In this document: piece after piece, positions 53,851 to 64,000 of the stretch | Numbering within the stretch: position 1 is the stretch's first letter | Layout of the letters: each line of letters opens with the position of its first letter | Origin: Hyaloraphidium curvatum SAG 235-1 | Taxonomy: Eukaryota > Fungi > Monoblepharomycota | Assembly (NCBI GenBank): GCA_025558095.1 | Contig: JAIVFI010000037.1 | Location: 186,001-250,000 of the forward strand | Direction of reading: 5' to 3' | DNA length: 64,000 nt | Made by a program: the position numbers and the translations under genes | The notes under the pieces: model-generated | What the model was told of the DNA's origin: nothing | Databases searched by the model: none | What the model saw: only the letters and a program-made list of their open reading frames with translations

Positions 53851-55793
53851 CTACTCGGGTATCCAAACGCCCAGCTGCCCCGGCCAGACGCTGAAGCACC
53901 CCCATCCCTCGTCGTTGATCCGCACGGGCGTGTTGTCGACGTAGTGCTTGAAGTTCCTTCCGGCGTGCCTCTTGCCCACGTACATCCACCTCGTCCCGCC
54001 GCCGTCCTTGGACAGGACCACGGCGAGGCCCGTTGGGCCGTCGTACCAGTCCAGCCCCTCACGGGTCCAGCCGATCGTGCACGGGTCCTTGTTCGGGACC
54101 GGTGGGCGGCTGAAGGGGTCATCGAACAGGATAAAGTCGTGCTGCTTGCCGTGCGCATGGGTCCGTCTGAGCCGCATGAGCCATTGGATGTGCGGCACCT
54201 GGTTGAGCTTGATGTTGTGCCTCCAGTCGCTCCAGGAGTCGCACACCTTGTTCCAGTACTCGGCTCCGTACACATCGGGGCTGGTAGTGTTTCGTGCAAT
54301 CAGCCAACGCAGGTGTTCACCGAGCACGGCAACTCACTAGAACACGCAGGGGTAACCCGAGGTGCGGAGCAGGATCAAGGCATAGGCGTGCGGACGGAAC
54401 CAATCCTGCACAAAGTCTCCCTCGCCGCGCTCGCCGAGGGCGCTCCTCAGCGGCTGGGTATCGTGGTTATCGACAAAGGTGACGGCAAAGTCGGGGTATC
54501 GCTGCATGAGCGTGCCGTTCAAGATCCGCCGGAGGTCGAAGGGACCGGAGGAGGCGGCCACAAGATTGTAGTGCAGAGGCATGTCAAAGAGCGAGACAGA
54601 GAAGTTCATGTTGTGTAGGTACTGCTCCAGGTCCCAGAGCTGCCCCGAGTAATACCTGCGAGACGACGTTAAGAACTCCAAGAGGCTCCTCGCCCTTCAG
54701 AACACTCACTCGGCGACAGAAAAAAGGTTGCGGCTCGTGTTGTGCCTCACGTGGGCGACCCAATCCCTCATGAAGCCCCAGTCGACGTGCTTGGCCGCGT
54801 CCAGGCGGAAGCCGTCGACCTTGACCTCCTTGACCATCCACTCTCCCCACCATTTCAGCCGGTTCGCGACGTTTGGGTTGCAGACGTCCAGGTCCAGCCC
54901 GGTGAGGAAGTCGTACGAGTATCCGGCCTCGTGCGACACATTGTGGTTCCCGGGCTTGTGCTTGATCCTGAAGCAGCCCCGCCGGTAGTGCCCGCTACCG
55001 TCCACGACCGAGCCAACCCAATCGAACCAGTCGTGGTTGACCCAGAAGTCGGCATGCTTCCCTTTTCGGCCCCAGTAGTTGAACTGGAACCCGGCGGGAG
55101 CGGTCAGCCGACGAAGCTGTGAAGGAGCGCGCCTCCTCGCCTTGGTCCAAATGTTGAACCACCCTTCCCCGATCTGTCTCGACCTATCGTGCTCGTCGAA
55201 CTCCAGGACCTCGACCCACTCGGTCTCGTCGCCGCCGTCCATGTGGTTCATAACGGCATCGGCGTAGACTTGAAGATTGTGGTAGTGGCAGCTCTTGACG
55301 GCATTGTGGAGCTCCCACTTCATGCCCCATTTGGTCCGCGTGGTCCCCTTTTGTGGGAACTCGCCGAGGTCGTAGTAGTCGTAGGGCCTGTCAAGTGTCA
55401 GGGCTTGCCGCGACGTGGCGGCGGCCTGGCGCCACCCACATGTAGCCGTTGTCCCAAGTGCCCCCGGCAGACTTTTGGGCGGGCGGAATCCAGATCGCAG
55501 TAACGCCGATCTTGGAGAGGAACTCGGCCTGGCACTCCAGCTCCCACCATAGCGATGTGTCGATGGGAACGTCTTTGAACCAGTGGAAGAACTGGAATCT
55601 GAGCCCGATAAGGCGATAAAGCAAGGCACGCATCGCGCAAGATGGGGAGCATTTGAATTAATTCCACGATTGGGGTCGCGCAGGGGTAGGCAGCCGGTAC
55701 GAACAGGATGCCGTTCAGCGGGAGTCGCTGGTCAAAGACCGGCGCCGCGTGCTCCTGAGGCTCTGCGGCGGCCGAATCGGAGGCCGACGACAT
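53851..55793 (-). CDS. Intracellular alpha-amylase, GH13_5 (Bacillus liquefying-type), multi-exon
   Basis: GVTAIWIPPA.K, YDLGEFPQKGTTRTKWG, DAVMNH, DGFRLDAAKH, FSVAEY, VTFVDNHDTQP, GYPCVFY. No signal peptide. Confidence 0.92.
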
Positions 55794-56116
55794 CGGCCAT
55801 CAGCAAACGAGGGGGAATCGTCGAACGAATCGAAGCCGGCGGCGACGTGGCGTCGAATCTGAGCCGTGTTTTGGTTGGCGTCCGTCCGTGACAGGATTCG
55901 TCACGGCAGTTGCTACTTCCTCCTCGTTCCATCACTCCGGAATCACTCAGGCAACAAGGAGAAAGAAACAAGATCATTTGCAATGCTCCACCGCTCTCAC
56001 TAGCGACGCATACAACTGAAGCGCGCCCATGGCTCAACTAACTGTCACCAAACCGTGCTGTAGCACCGCTCGCTTCTCGCTCGCGCCCCACCCGTCCCCG
56101 TCCTCGCGCCACCCGA

Positions 56117-56506
56117 TCAAGACACTGTCGCGTCCAGCTGCTTCTTGATCCGTTCCTCAAACACCCGCTTGGGCTGGGCCCCGACGATCTGGTCCAGGAA
56201 AGTCCCCTGTTTGATAAGCAGCACCGTTGGCATCGAATGAATCTTCAGCCTGCGGCGCAGTTTCAATAGAGCTCGGCAGTGTTCTTCGCCTGCTCACTGT
56301 GCCGCGAGATTCTCGTGCTTATCAACGTCGACCTCACAGAAGACGGCCTGGTCCTTGAGGTCCGTCGCGAGCTGGTCCAGAATCGGTTTCACCATGTGGC
56401 ACGGTGCGCACCAGGACGCCGTCCCCTTGACGACGAAGAGCTTGTCCGTCTCCATGAGCTTCATGAAGTGCTCGGTCGACTCGACCTCGACGATGGGGCT
56501 CGTCAT
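56117..56506 (-). CDS. Thioredoxin (WCAPC active site), 2 exons
   Basis: ASWCAPCHMVKP, VDVD, |LKIHSMPTVLL..G..LDQIVGA. Confidence 0.9.
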
Positions 56507-56745
56507 GTTGACCGGTTCGGGGGCTTTGAGCCTTGACGGCGCCCCGAAGAGCTCAGGAAGGAGCAGCTGGGGGCAACGACAACCTGTCTGCTCGGTCGTG
56601 TACTGAGCGGGCGAGCAGCCGTGCTGCCGTGCTGGGGGACGTGGCCCGGTGATCGAGGGGTGACCACTGGTTGATCGGTGACTGGGTTTCGATTTGTCTA
56701 ACCCCACACACTCCCAGCCCTCGACCCACCACACAGCGCGGCAGG

Positions 56746-57714
56746 ATGAAGTGAGTAGCGGATTTGCGACGCGCGTCGCAGCTGGGAGGAGCGCACGGTG
56801 TCTGCCGGACCTCTGGACGCCGGCGGAACTCGGTGCGCGGGGATTCCGCGGGGCCAGCTCTAGTCGGGCGCGCGACCGGGCGTCTCTGGAGCGGCTTGGG
56901 TGCTCTGTGGACGACGTGATGCCAACGGAGCTGAGGAGCGTGCCTGCGATGGAGACGGTGGTGGCCCGGGGAAGCAGTCGGACGCTGGTGGTGCCCATCC
57001 TTGGACGTGGACTCAACGCGACCGTTCCGTGCTCCTCGCCACGCGCAGGCTCGAGCTGTGCAATTTCTCCGGCTACAAAATCTACCCCGGGAAGGGGCGG
57101 ACCTTTGTCCGCGGTGACAGCAGGGTGGGTTGGAGCCGCCAAGGGGCACAGGCCGTGGGCTCATGGACGACGTGGAACGGCAGACCTTCCGCTTCATCAA
57201 CGGGAAGAACGAGTCCTACTTCCTGCAGAAGCTGAAGCCGTCGAAGCTGAACTGGACCGTCAAGTACCGGACGCTGCACAAGAAGGGTGCCGCCGAGGAG
57301 GTCCTGAAGAAGCGGCGGACGAAGACCGGTGGGTGTCGCGACGGCCCGGTCCCCACCTCGCGGCACGCTAACGCTTTCCCCGGCATGATTCAGTCAAGAC
57401 CGCCAGGGACATCGTGGGCGCGTCGCTGGAGGCCATCAAGGCCAAGCGGAACCAGAAGCCGGAGCAGAGGGCGCTCGAGCGGCAAAAGGCCGTGGCCGCG
57501 GCGAAGGAGAAGAAGAAGGTGGAGCAGGACAAGAAGAAGGCGGAGAAGGCGAAGGTGCGATGGGCATCGCAGGCGTTCCGCGGCGTGTTCTGACTCGCTC
57601 CGCGTCTCGCAGTCCGCTGCGTCCCGGCCGGCAGGCGGCAAGGCCGCGCAGCCGAAGATGAGCAAGATGCAGGCTCGGGGTGCCGCGACCAAGGTCGCTG
57701 CCAAGAGCCGTTGA
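56746..57714 (+). CDS. RPL24: 60S ribosomal protein L24 (eL24), multi-exon
   Basis: MK|LELCNFSGYKIYPGKGRTFVRGDSR|TFRFING...WTVKYRTLHKKG...|RDIVGASLEAIKAKRNQKPE. First intron is 56751-57048. Confidence 0.95.
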
Positions 57715-57753
57715 TTGCTCGCCTGTACAGTGTCTGGACTACACGGCTTTCGA

Positions 57754-60700
57754 TCACACGGCCCACGCGCTCGCGTCCTCGTCTGGTCGGATGAAGGGTC
57801 GATCCGTCGATCGGATCATCATGTCGCCGCAAAGGATGCACTCTGCGGCTACGATGTTGTCCAGCTCGTCCCGCAGGCGGGTGAGGGCTTTGGAACCCGA
57901 GTCCTTTGGCTCCGCCGCCTGGCCGCGCGCGATCTGGTCCTGGAGCGTGCGCATCCTCCTGGCAATGGGAGGCCGGAGCTCCTTGACGACCTCCTCGGCG
58001 AGTTCGTCGGCATGGAAGCAGTGTCCGCACGGGAAAACGTAGCATTGCCGGGTCAGCAAGGGTTGGCGGCAGAAGTAGCACTTCTCCGCCGTCGGCACGA
58101 CGGAATACCTGGGGCCCGCAGGCGTTAGCGATCCATACTGGGAGCAGAGGTTGCCGTGCTCACCGCTTTCGAAGTTCGCGCACGTCCAGCCTGATGTTCT
58201 CGGCGGCCTTCGTCGCCTCGTCCATCTCCTGGCGCAGCTGCTCGATGTGCTCGCTGTACTCCTCCAGCGCCTCGCAAATCTCGGCTTTGAAGTCATCAAT
58301 GATGACAAAGTCCGGGAAATACGGGAGAATGTCAGCGATTTTGAGCACGCCCGAGGTCTTGAGGAACTGAATGGCGCTGAGGATGGAACACGTCAGCTGT
58401 AAAAGCAGCGCGGCCGAGCGCAGCCCCACGTCTTGATGTCCTTCTGCTCCTCGATCACGTGCCGCGCGATCCGCATCCACAGCTGCTTCTTCAGCTCCGG
58501 GTCCTCCTCCGGCCTGTCCGCGTACGTCTGCGCGAGCGCCATCTCGTCTTTCCGCAGCGCCAGCTCCACCGCGTCCTGGTACATCCCAAGCAGCCCGTAC
58601 AAGAACACGCACGCCTGAGTGAGGTTGCTCTGGCTACACCGGCGCAGCGCGAGCTGGACGTCGTAGTACCGCCGCCCGCCCTCGGCGCGGAGGAACGCGA
58701 GCAGCCCGCTCTCGTCCTCGCCGACCTCCACGGCCTCGTCTACAAACAGGTCCAGGAGGTAGTTGTGCACCGCGGGGTCAGTGTTGCCGAGCCGATCCAC
58801 GGCGTACTGCAGGTACCGGAGGGCCTGGTCCTTCCCGCCCCTGTCCAGGGAGTTGGCCCGCTCCACCTCGTACTTCAGCAGGGCAGGGATCAGGTGCTTC
58901 GGGTTCAGCCCCCCGGCGATCCGGATCAGCGCGTTGACCGTCTCCACCGGCTTGTTGACCATCAGTTCCGGTGCGTAGATGTACCACAGGTCCGCTGACT
59001 GCCGGGGGTCCAGCTTCGAGAGCACCTCGATGCACTGCACGTAGCGCCGGTCCTCCATGTGCCGCGCCAGCACGCGGTCCCAGTCCCCGCACATCTCGGC
59101 GAACGCCAGGCTGTCCCGCGTCCGGCCCTGCGCCGCGAGCAGCCGGTACACCGTCTCCTTGTCCAGCGAGTCGAGGTTGGCGCGAAGGAACGAGTGGAAC
59201 TCCTCCTCCATGAGCCGGTACTCGGTGCTCAGCGTCGTCGGGCTGAGCGAGGTCCGTTCAGGAGCCACCTCGGGCCCTGCCTCGAGGTTGTTCAGGGAGT
59301 CGATGTAGATCTCCGTGAGCCAGGTGGCGAGCAGCAGCCGCTGCGTCGTGTCCGTCCGCCGCGTGAACTCGAGCTTCTTGGCCAGGAACACCTTGAGCGG
59401 CGCGTCTCGCTGGTCCAGCTTTGCGAACCGCAGAGCGACGTCCTCGAAGCCGATGCTCCGGCTCTGCGCGAAGTAGGTGGCCGAAAGCGTGTACTGCTTG
59501 GCACTGAAGTAGTGCTCGGCCTGCGCCGTTACGATCCGGTCCCGCTGCGACTCGGTCTTGGCGTACTTGAGCGCAGTCTCCCACTTCTTCTGCGCCAGGA
59601 AAATCTTCCACACGTCCCGGTCCTCCTCCGTCACGATGATCTCCCACAGCCCCCGGTTCGTGATGAGCCAGTGGGTCTCCTTGACCCTGTCCGAGGCCAG
59701 CACGAGCGCGCGCTCCCCGCCCAGAGGCTGCTCCCAAGCCACCTCGCCGCTGAGGATGCCGATGGCCCGTACGAGGTCCGGATAGAGCACGATGTGGTGG
59801 AACTGCAGCGTGGCGATCGACAGCGGGGTCAAGTGCGGCTGCGCGCCGTCCGCGGGCGTGCGCTCGAAGGCCGCGTAGGGGAGCAGCTGGGCGTTCTGGA
59901 TCACGCTGTCGCCGACGCCCTGGCTCCCGAACACGAGGTCGCCGAAGTAGACGCCCGGCGCGGTCAGCCAGCCGAATGTCCGGGGGGTGCTCGGGAGGCC
60001 GTCGTCAAAGTACGGGCTCCAGAAGTGGAGCTCGCTGGAGGAAATGTCGCCGGGTATCTCCTGGCAGCCTGCGCGGTGGGAAAGATGTTACAGAAGCCGG
60101 CAGTGGTCGGCGTAAAAGAACTCACTTGCTCCGGCATCGTAGGAGCGGAAAAGGCTGGCAAACACCGAGTCCTCCGACTCGGGGGTGATTGTGCCGATGA
60201 ACTGGTACAGCTTCGTCGGCGTCGCGGCAAAGACGACGAACTTGCTCGAGCTGGTCGGGAACTGCTCGAACCGCAGGCCGCAGATGACGTTGCCGTCGAT
60301 CGACGGCGGCAGCGTGTAGACCTGCCGCGCGTACCGCTCCTCCTTCTTGAAAAGTTCGTCCGTGGGCTGGATCTCGGCCTCGAGTATGGCGCCCTGCCGC
60401 GTGCCGATAAGGATCGGGCCCGTCGAGTCGGGGTTGGGGACGACGCCGGGGCGCTTGATCGCCTTGGCCCTCGACCACGCGATGGACTCGATGACCACGG
60501 ACTGAATGGGAGGGGCGAGCATAATGAGTCGCGTGCAGCAGTCCCCTGTGCTCGTGTTCCAGACCTTGAGCCGGCTCAGCGTCTTGGGCTTCTTCCACCT
60601 GTGGAACAGGTAGTAGTTGTTGCCCTGGCTCGTGGTGACGATGATGTGCCTGCCCCGCGGGTCGAGAAAGACCTTGCTAGCCACGTCGCCCGCCTTCCGC

Positions 60701-61103
60701 GGGAACAGCTCGATGTCTGCGGGCCCCGACGCGCGTCAAGACCGCGTCCGACTGGGCCGACCGAGGGCCACGGACCTTCCACTGCCGATGCCTCCTCCAG
60801 ATTGATCCTCAGCAGCCTGTTACCGCCGTAGAGCAGCGCCAGGATGCCGTTCGACACGCGTCCGCCAGTGATGCCATCCGGGAACGCGAACTGCACGCGA
60901 TCGAGCGCGAACACGGGGGCCTCTTCGAGCCGCGAGACCAGCTGCGGCGCCACGCGCGCGGCGGCATTGTCCGCCTTCTTCAGATCGCGTGCCGCGTCCG
61001 CAGCTGACGGGACGACGGGCTTCGCGGGGCCCTTTGCGGGCGTGGGCGGGGCGGCACGGTCGGGGGGGCCCGCGCCGCCCTCGATCACGTCAAAAAGTGA
61101 CAT
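57754..61103 (-). CDS. VPS18: Vacuolar protein sorting 18 (HOPS/CORVET subunit), multi-exon
   Basis: KVFLDPRGRH, ILIGTRQG, EDRDVWKIFL, FEDVALRF, LKIADILPYFPDF, and C-terminal RING (C..C...FPCGHCFH...ECILCGDMMI). Confidence 0.93.
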
Positions 61104-61229
61104 GAAGTCACCTGCGCCGCGCCATGGTGCCCGACAGCGACCGCGGAACTCCGGGTCGGAGGGTGCCCGGCGGGTTTGATCGGGGTGGAGCTGGCTGGCC
61201 GCGACTGACGCCAGACAAAAACAATGAAG

Positions 61230-63436
61230 ATGGCCAAACATAAGCGGGGCAAGGCCGCGCCGGGCGGCGCAAAAAGCGGCGCCTCGCCGAAGGGCGACTC
61301 CAAGGGGCCGTCGCTGGGCAACGTCAAGGTCAAGGGTGGGCGCATCGCCGGCGCCCAGCGCTTTTCTCGCCTCACCGCCGGACCCCCCCGGGCGCCCCGC
61401 TCTGCCCGCAGGCACCAACTTCTACCGCGATGCAAAGAAGGTGCGGCAGGTCAAGATGCTCAAGGGCGGCGCGCCGGTCCGCAACTCGGCCGGCAAGATC
61501 GTCAAGGCTGCCGAGTTCCAGTCCAAGCTGGACTCAGGCACCGTCGCCCGCGTCGAGCCCAACCGGAAGTGGTTCGAAAACACCCGGACCATCGGCGTGA
61601 AGCAGCTGGAGGCCTTCAGGGAGGCCATGTCGGCGCGGGCCAACGACCCGTACACCTTTCTGATGCGGCAGAACAAGCTGCCCATGTCGCTGGTGACGGA
61701 CCCCACCAAGACGGCGAGAGTCAAGGTCCTCGAGACCGAGACCTTCTCGTCGACCTTCGGGCCGAACGCCCAGCGGAAGAGGCCGAAGATTGCCGCGGGT
61801 AGCATGGAGGAGATGGTTACGACGGTCGAGGAGAAACACGGTGGGCTCCACCGCGTTGCGCTTCCGCTCCCGCTGCGGACTCTGACCCTCTCATTTGGCC
61901 CTCAGGCAAATACGATGACGCCGAGGACCCCTCCCTGCTGGCCAAGGTCGTCCCCGACCACGTGGCCACGGTGCGCGACCCCGTCTTTGCCAAGGGCACC
62001 TCGAAGCGCATCTGGGGCGAGCTCTACAAGGTCATCGACTCGTCGGACGTGGTCATCCAGGTCCTGGACGCCCGGAACCCGATGGGCACGCGGTGCCGCA
62101 ACGTGGAAAAGTTCCTAAAGGAGGACGCGCACAAGCACAAGCACATGATCTTCGTGCTCAACAAGTCGGACCTCGTGCCGACCTGGGTCACGGGGCGCTG
62201 GGTCAAGATCCTGTCGCGCGAATACCCGACCATCGCCTTCCACGCCTCGGTCACCAACTCGTTCGGCAAGGGGTCGCTGATCCAGCTGCTGAGGCAGTTT
62301 GCCAAGCTGCACTCGGACAAGAAGCAGATCAGCGTCGGGTTCGTGGGCTACCCCAACGTCGGGAAGAGCAGCATCATCAACACGGTCAGGGGGAAGGCGG
62401 TCTGCAAGACCGCGCCGATCCCGGGAGAGACCAAGGTGGGTCAGCAACGGCTCGGTGGTTGTTGCCCTAGCTGACAACGAGTGTCGGCTTCCGTGGTCCA
62501 CAGATCTGGCAGTACATCACGCTCATGAAGCGCATCTACCTCATCGACTGCCCCGGGATCGTGTATCCCTCCCCCGATGACTCGGAAACGGACATTGTGC
62601 TCAAGGGCGTCGTTCGGGTCGAGAACCTGCCGAGCCCCGAGGAGCACATCGGCGAGGTCCTGGAGCGGGTCAAGCCCGAGTACATCCGGCGGACGTACGA
62701 CATCGAGTCGTGGGACTCGCCCGAGGACTTTCTCGAGAAGCTGGCGCGCAAGTCGGGCCGGCTGCTCAAGATGGGGGAGCCAGACCTGGGGACGGTGGCG
62801 AAGATGGTGCTGAACGACTGGTTGCGGGGCAAGATCCCGTTCTTCGTGGAGCCGCCGTGGGAAGGCGAGGAGGAGGGGGAGGAGGCCGAGGGCGGGAAGG
62901 ACAAGGTCGCGGAGGAGGTGGCGGTCAAGCAGGACCTGAGGAAGCTGGCGGTACAGCCCGGCTTCAGCGAGGGCGACGCCGCCGGGCCCGACGGCGAGGC
63001 GGCCGCGGAGGAGCAGGAGGACGAGCTGGATTGGGACACTGTGCTGGCCAATGTGGAGGCCGAGGAGGTGCCAATGTCGGCGGCGCCCTCGGACGCGAAA
63101 GCGCCCAGCAAGGGGAAGAAGAGGGCGGCTCCGGAGGCCGATGAAGACGAGGATGAGGATGGGAGCGACTACGGATCCGCCGAGGAAGGCGAAAGCGGCG
63201 GGGAGGAGGAGGATGCGGACGAGGCTCGTTCCGAGTCGTCCGAGGACAGCGGGGCAGCGGATGCCGCCGAGGAGGTCGTTCAGATCCCGACGCGGAAGCA
63301 GCGGATGACGACCAGCAAACGGAAAGCGGGCAACTTCTACACCGTGGCCAACGTCAAGAACCGCAACCGCAAGAAGCTGAAGCCGAACCCCACGCCGCCC
63401 GCAAAGGGCAAGGTGGCGAAGAAAGGTCGGCGGTGA
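61230..63436 (+). CDS. NOG2: Nucleolar GTPase Nog2, multi-exon
   Basis: [76 protein letters not shown]. Confidence 0.96.
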
Positions 63437-63574
63437 TCGGTGGAATGAATGTGGCTCCTGCATGGTTGAATACAATGGAACAGACGAACATCGTTAGCCG
63501 AAATGAAAGGAACCAAATGGTCGATTATGGGTGAGTATGTACAAGCATTCATCCAGTCCAAGAGTTGAATCGCA

Positions 63575-64000
63575 CTACCCTCCTTCCTTCCGCACCACGC
63601 CGTCCTCGTCCACGTACTCCCCCTTCTGCACCAGATCGTGGTCCCCGAAGGTCTCCTCCGTGTTCATGGCCTTGATCCAGTCGATCTCGAGCTCGAACGG
63701 GCCGGGCTGCCGCACGATGGAGAAGCCGACGGAGCGGACCTGCATCCGGTCCATCTCGATCTGCCGCTTCTGGATCCAGCCGTGGTTGGTGAGGAGGAAG
63801 TCGCGGAAGGGTATCTGCGGGGGTGCTGTCAGCGTCGCCCGGGCAGAGCCGGCAAGACGGCCCCACCATGATGGTCTCCCACTCCCCGGGCGTCTCAAAA
63901 AAGAGCCGGTGCTGGTACAGATCCTGTTCTATCGGCGAGTTGGTCTGCAGGTTGACGAACCATTGCCGCCCGTCGCCCCGACACCGGACGGCCAGGTAGC
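63575..64000 (-). CDS. CIA30: Complex I intermediate-associated protein 30 (NDUFAF1), 3' part only
   Basis: RCRGDGRQWFVNLQT...DLYQHRLF...WETIM|IPFRDFLLTNHGWIQ...VGFSI..QPGPFELEIDWIKA. Confidence 0.88.

Noticed and set aside
1-64000. tRNA, rRNA, transposase or LTR features
   Set aside because: I recognised no cloverleaf, rRNA, transposase, RT or integrase signature by eye. A tRNAscan/Infernal run would be needed to exclude them fully.

Overview
This is GC-rich (roughly 65-70% by eye), gene-dense eukaryotic nuclear DNA, not prokaryotic. Many genes are split by short spliceosomal introns of about 48-62 nt with CTGAC/CTRAY-like branch points, mostly GT-AG and a few GC-AG. Gene content (NOG2, VPS18, RPL24, TAZ1, CIA30, TKL kinases, fungal TF-like domains, GH13_5 amylase) suggests an early-diverging fungus, probably a chytrid or monoblepharid such as Hyaloraphidium (inference only). 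About 35 genes can be built. The right end (51-64 kb) is mostly conserved housekeeping genes. The left and middle are rich in lineage-expanded families: three 7-TM proteins, two TF-like proteins, two ankyrin-TKL kinases, three F-box-like genes and two MYND genes, plus intronless bacterial-like enzymes. Best leads: (1) a three-exon DddK/DddW-like cupin (DMSP-lyase-like) not visible in the ORF track; (2) a small spliced gene encoding a histone H3-tail mimic with K4M/K9R and no histone fold; (3) three paralogous gustatory-receptor/DUF3537-like 7-TM ion-channel candidates with a novel H-x6-CPCP-x3-C loop; (4) two TF-like paralogs ending in a putative zinc finger plus a neurabin/Bni4-type PP1-docking motif; (5) four otherwise intact genes each broken by a single in-frame stop. 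Family assignments come from motif recognition by eye, not database searches.
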